Of a DNA stretch of 64,000 nucleotides, positions 60,586 to 64,000 are shown one piece after another. The notes beneath the pieces are model-generated. The model was not told the origin of the DNA. It saw only the letters and a list, made by a program, of their open reading frames with translations, and did not search any database. A program made the position numbers and the translations under genes. Source of the DNA: Octopus sinensis (taxonomy: Eukaryota); contig NC_043011.1 of the NCBI RefSeq assembly GCF_006345805.1, forward strand, positions 10,788,001-10,852,000, given 5' to 3'. Position 1 is the stretch's first letter, and every line of letters begins with the position of its first letter.

Positions 60586-61753
60586 AATATTTTTCTCCCA
60601 TTAAACACCATAGAATGAGGATGCCCAGGTAACACATGCGTGGTTCATTGGTGGGATATAAGCAACAAAAAAATGGTAATTTAAATTCTTACCCCCACCT
60701 CACTCAAGCGAAGCCGTATGTGTGTAAGAAAGAACATTTTCTAACAGAAAAGTATGCTATTACATACCTCTTTTTTTAAATCACAGTGGATAAATGCCAG
60801 CAATGACCTTTTCAGGCTTTCCAATATTTTAAATTATAAACAGAAATAATCGGGGGCCAGGAGTAAGGTTGCAAAAAAAAAGAAAAAAATCATAATTTTT
60901 CAAATTTTTTTAATAGTATATAACTATATTTATGGGGGGGGGGGTATAAAAACATCAATATATTCGATAGTGAGAAAGAAACGAGGAAAGGTGTTAGAAT
61001 GTGCTAGAAACAACAGCCAAATCTCCCTTAAATCACTCACTTTTTCCTCAGAAAATATCAACAATAATTTTTTTTTAATTACCGAAATGGCTCATTCCAT
61101 GGCCTTGAAGTGCCAAAATTATTTGTTAAAATCTTTCCGGAGTGGAATGATGAGGGGGGGGGGGTTGTACAAAAAAATTTTCAAAACTTTTTTCCTAAAA
61201 AAAGGATGTCCCCCACCCTACCACCACATTTCGAAGAAAAGGGTCTTCCTGATTCGAACCTCCTCTCCCTATGCCCTCGAAAAGAAATTTCCCCACAAAT
61301 CTCTTTAAAATCGTAATCCAGGCCATTTGAAAGGTATTTGTATAAAATTTCATTAAACGATATCCATTTTCCTGAAAATTATGAGGGAAAAAAGTCGGCT
61401 CGTATTAATTTTCCGAAACTTCTCTCCCCGGTCCCTCGGAAAAATTATTTCCCTTAAATCCCTATAAACTCTGAATCCACAGCATATAAGCGATGTTTGT
61501 TGAAAATTTTGTTAAAAAGTATCCATTTTTCTTGAAGTTATGAAGCAACAAAGTCGGAGGAGGGACACATCTGTAGTTATGTCGAAAATTTCATAAAAAA
61601 GATTTTTTTTCTGAAAATTGAGGAATCACTGTCGTAGTGGAGGGCAACAAAGCATTTCCTCAACTTGGTCCAAGTCCAATGATTGAAACAATTATGAGTG
61701 TGTGTGTGTGAATACTTTTTCGTTATTTTTGAAAATCATTTAATAAAACATAC

Positions 61754-62340
61754 CTTGAAATGTAATTTAGATCCGTGTTTCTCTAAATCGCGGCCGGTTA
61801 TAAACGTTGTGTGGTTCCTATTATTGCCAGACACTGAACTTCCAGAAAAGTGAAAGTTACTACTACTACTGCTACTACTACGTAGTGTAGATACTATCAG
61901 CAGCTGCAGTGTTTTTACTACCTACATGATCTCAAATAGTTATAGTATTATTTGTAATAGACACTGAAATAGAGAACCCACCACTACTACTAGTATCGAC
62001 AACAATGACGACGCCAGCAACAACGTCACAATTATGACACTGATATCGGATTTGTCTCAAGAAATTCTTTTAAACCTACTTCTACAACCACCACTACTAC
62101 TACTACAGTTTGTCGAAAGGAAATCGACTGCATTCACTTTTTTTGTTTCAAAACATAAAACCTTTCATACATCTACACACAAGCAAACACACACACACAC
62201 AAGCAAACACACACTCATACGCGCGCGTGCGCGGACAACAAGGAAGTTTGTGGGAAAACGAAACAACGCAAACGAACGAGCACAATTCTGATCTTTTCAT
62301 CAGATGTCAACAGTAAATTATCGCAATTTCGCTGCGCGCC
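61754..62340 (-). other. Candidate non-coding first exon/promoter region, possibly of the calpain gene
   Basis: AAG|GTATGT donor at 61753; non-TE-looking, CpG-retaining sequence with (TAG)n tracts; the calpain ATG exon needs an upstream exon. Confidence 0.35.
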
Positions 62341-62780
62341 CACGCTCACACATGGGCACGCAAGCGCACACACACACACAGGCTGCACCAAGCAGCCAAG
62401 AACAAAATTAAACGCAAAGAAAAACGAAAACATGAAAATAGGCGGGGGAATGAACATACGCCAAGAAAACGGGCACACACATTCCATACTTCATAAGATA
62501 CTCTCAACCTAATGATTGTCCTGATGGGATTGCAAATCAGGATCAAGTGTCACTTCTTTATATTGTACATGCTCTTACTAAGCTCTAAACAAGCCCTGGG
62601 CACTGCGAGGGACAACTGACCAGTCCTCTCACTGACGACGTTCTTGGTGCAGAAGTCTAAAAGATTTAAATGAGGACACTTCATGATGTTAGGCATTCCA
62701 CAATTAGTCAGTCCTCCAGTTTGGGCCTTGCAATATCCAAACTGCCATTCCTACACCCCCACCTCATCACAGGGAACATA

Positions 62781-64000
62781 CGAGGGGCGTTCAATAAGTA
62801 ATGCCCCTGACCCACTTGCCATAGCAGTAGAGCAACGAAACTTGGCACAGTTATTAGTCTTTTTCTACATAGGAACCACCCAGAGTTACGCATTTCTCCT
62901 ATCGTTTGATGCAGCTCTGGAGACCGTTTTTGTAGAAGACCACGACGTAACTTCAGAAATCAAGGCTGCATCATCTGGGAAACGCTTTCCTTTCAAAAAC
63001 AACTTCATGGCTGGGAAGAGGTGAAAATCAGAGGGTGCAAGGTCAGGAGAGTAGGGGGAATGGGAGAGGAGTTCATAGCCGCACGCCTGTGCTTCTGATC
63101 TGGCGACACGTGAGTTGTGGACCGGAGCGTTGTCCTGCAGGAGGAGGATGCCTTTTCTGATCTTGCCCCGCCTCTTGATTTTGATAGCTTCTCTTAATTT
63201 CCTCAAAAGTGAAGCATAATAGACTCCTGTAATTGTGGCACCCTTTGCCAGGAAATCTGTCATCACTACTCCGTCCTGGTCCCAGAAGACTGTGAGCATG
63301 ACCTTGCCAGCGGAGGGCTGCACTCTTGCCTTCTTTGGAGGAGGTGAGTCACAGTGCTTCCACTGCATTGACTGGGCTTTGGTCTCTGGATCATAGTGAT
63401 GGACCCAGGTTTTATCCTGTGTAATCAGTCTTTTGAAAAATTTTGACTCATCTTCTTGGCACATCTCCAAATTCATCCTCGAGCACTCGACGCGTTCTTG
63501 CTTCTGGAAAGGTGTGAGCAACCTGGGAATCCATCTGGCACACACCTTTTGCATACGCAAATGGTCATGAATGATAGTTTCCACAGACCCGGTACTAATC
63601 TTGACCGCATGGGCTATTTGGCGAATAGTTATGCGTCGATATTCCAAAATGGCAGCCTCAATTTGACGGACAGATGCCTCATCAATGGCAGAAGAGGGGT
63701 GACCAGATCTGGGAGCTGTTTCCACAGAGTTCCGACCATGTTGGAATTCACGATGCCAGCGTTTTGCAAGGTCATATGATGGGGCATCATCACCAAAAGT
63801 TACTTTCATTTCATCAAAAGTCTCCCGTGGTGTGCGTCCTTTCAAATACAAAAATCGGATCACTGCTCGACACTCAACAGGCTCCATTTCACACTTGACT
63901 CAGTTCAAACACCTGTAAATCAGAAACCACAATTAGGTCAGAGCTGTAATTTGCCACTTAATCTATAGAGATATAAATAATTACACATGAAAAATTTCAG
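62781..64000 (-). mobile_element. Mariner transposon (irritans/Hsmar2-like TIR), 5' TIR beyond the window
   Basis: TA + CGAGGGGCGTTCAATAAGTAATGC TIR; transposase ORF 62886-63887. Confidence 0.93.
62886..63887 (-). pseudogene. Mariner D,D34D transposase with damaged C-terminus
   Basis: WIPRLL, ITQDKTW, QDNAPVH, SPYSPDLAPSDFHLF; the true end VFYKNGLQSCIKR*EKCVTLGGSYVEK lies in another frame and contains a stop. Confidence 0.88.

Noticed and set aside
62886-63887. Active mariner transposase or SETMAR-like domestication
   Set aside because: The C-terminus is frameshifted with a stop in the true frame, and no SET exon is evident

Overview
AT-rich, microsatellite-dense animal genomic DNA. Its SINE/LINE repertoire looks like a coleoid cephalopod, probably Octopus (inference). 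The only host gene I can support is a minus-strand calpain-5/TRA-3-like protease: four spliced coding exons at 11.2-2.2 kb, continuing off the left edge, with a possible non-coding first exon near 62 kb. Almost everything else is transposon-derived: RTE LINEs, Tx1/L1-type LINEs clustered in (GATA)/(GACA) repeats, an ORF1-only retroelement with an 11-bp TSD, Penelope-like elements (PLEs), Helitrons, two mariners, Merlin and R4/Dong-type fragments, and tRNA-derived SINEs. The most striking signal is a set of about 12 minimal hammerhead-ribozyme motifs in several unrelated PLE-type families, most of them fold-back (inverted) elements. Their cores covary at the 3-8 pair (C3-G8, U3-A8, G3-C8) or carry U4C, and one family joins a tRNA-like Pol III head to a hammerhead in a head-to-head palindrome. 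A second notable signal is a complete C4HC3 PHD finger inserted inside the RT domain of the RTE LINEs. All calls were made by eye; no database searches were run.
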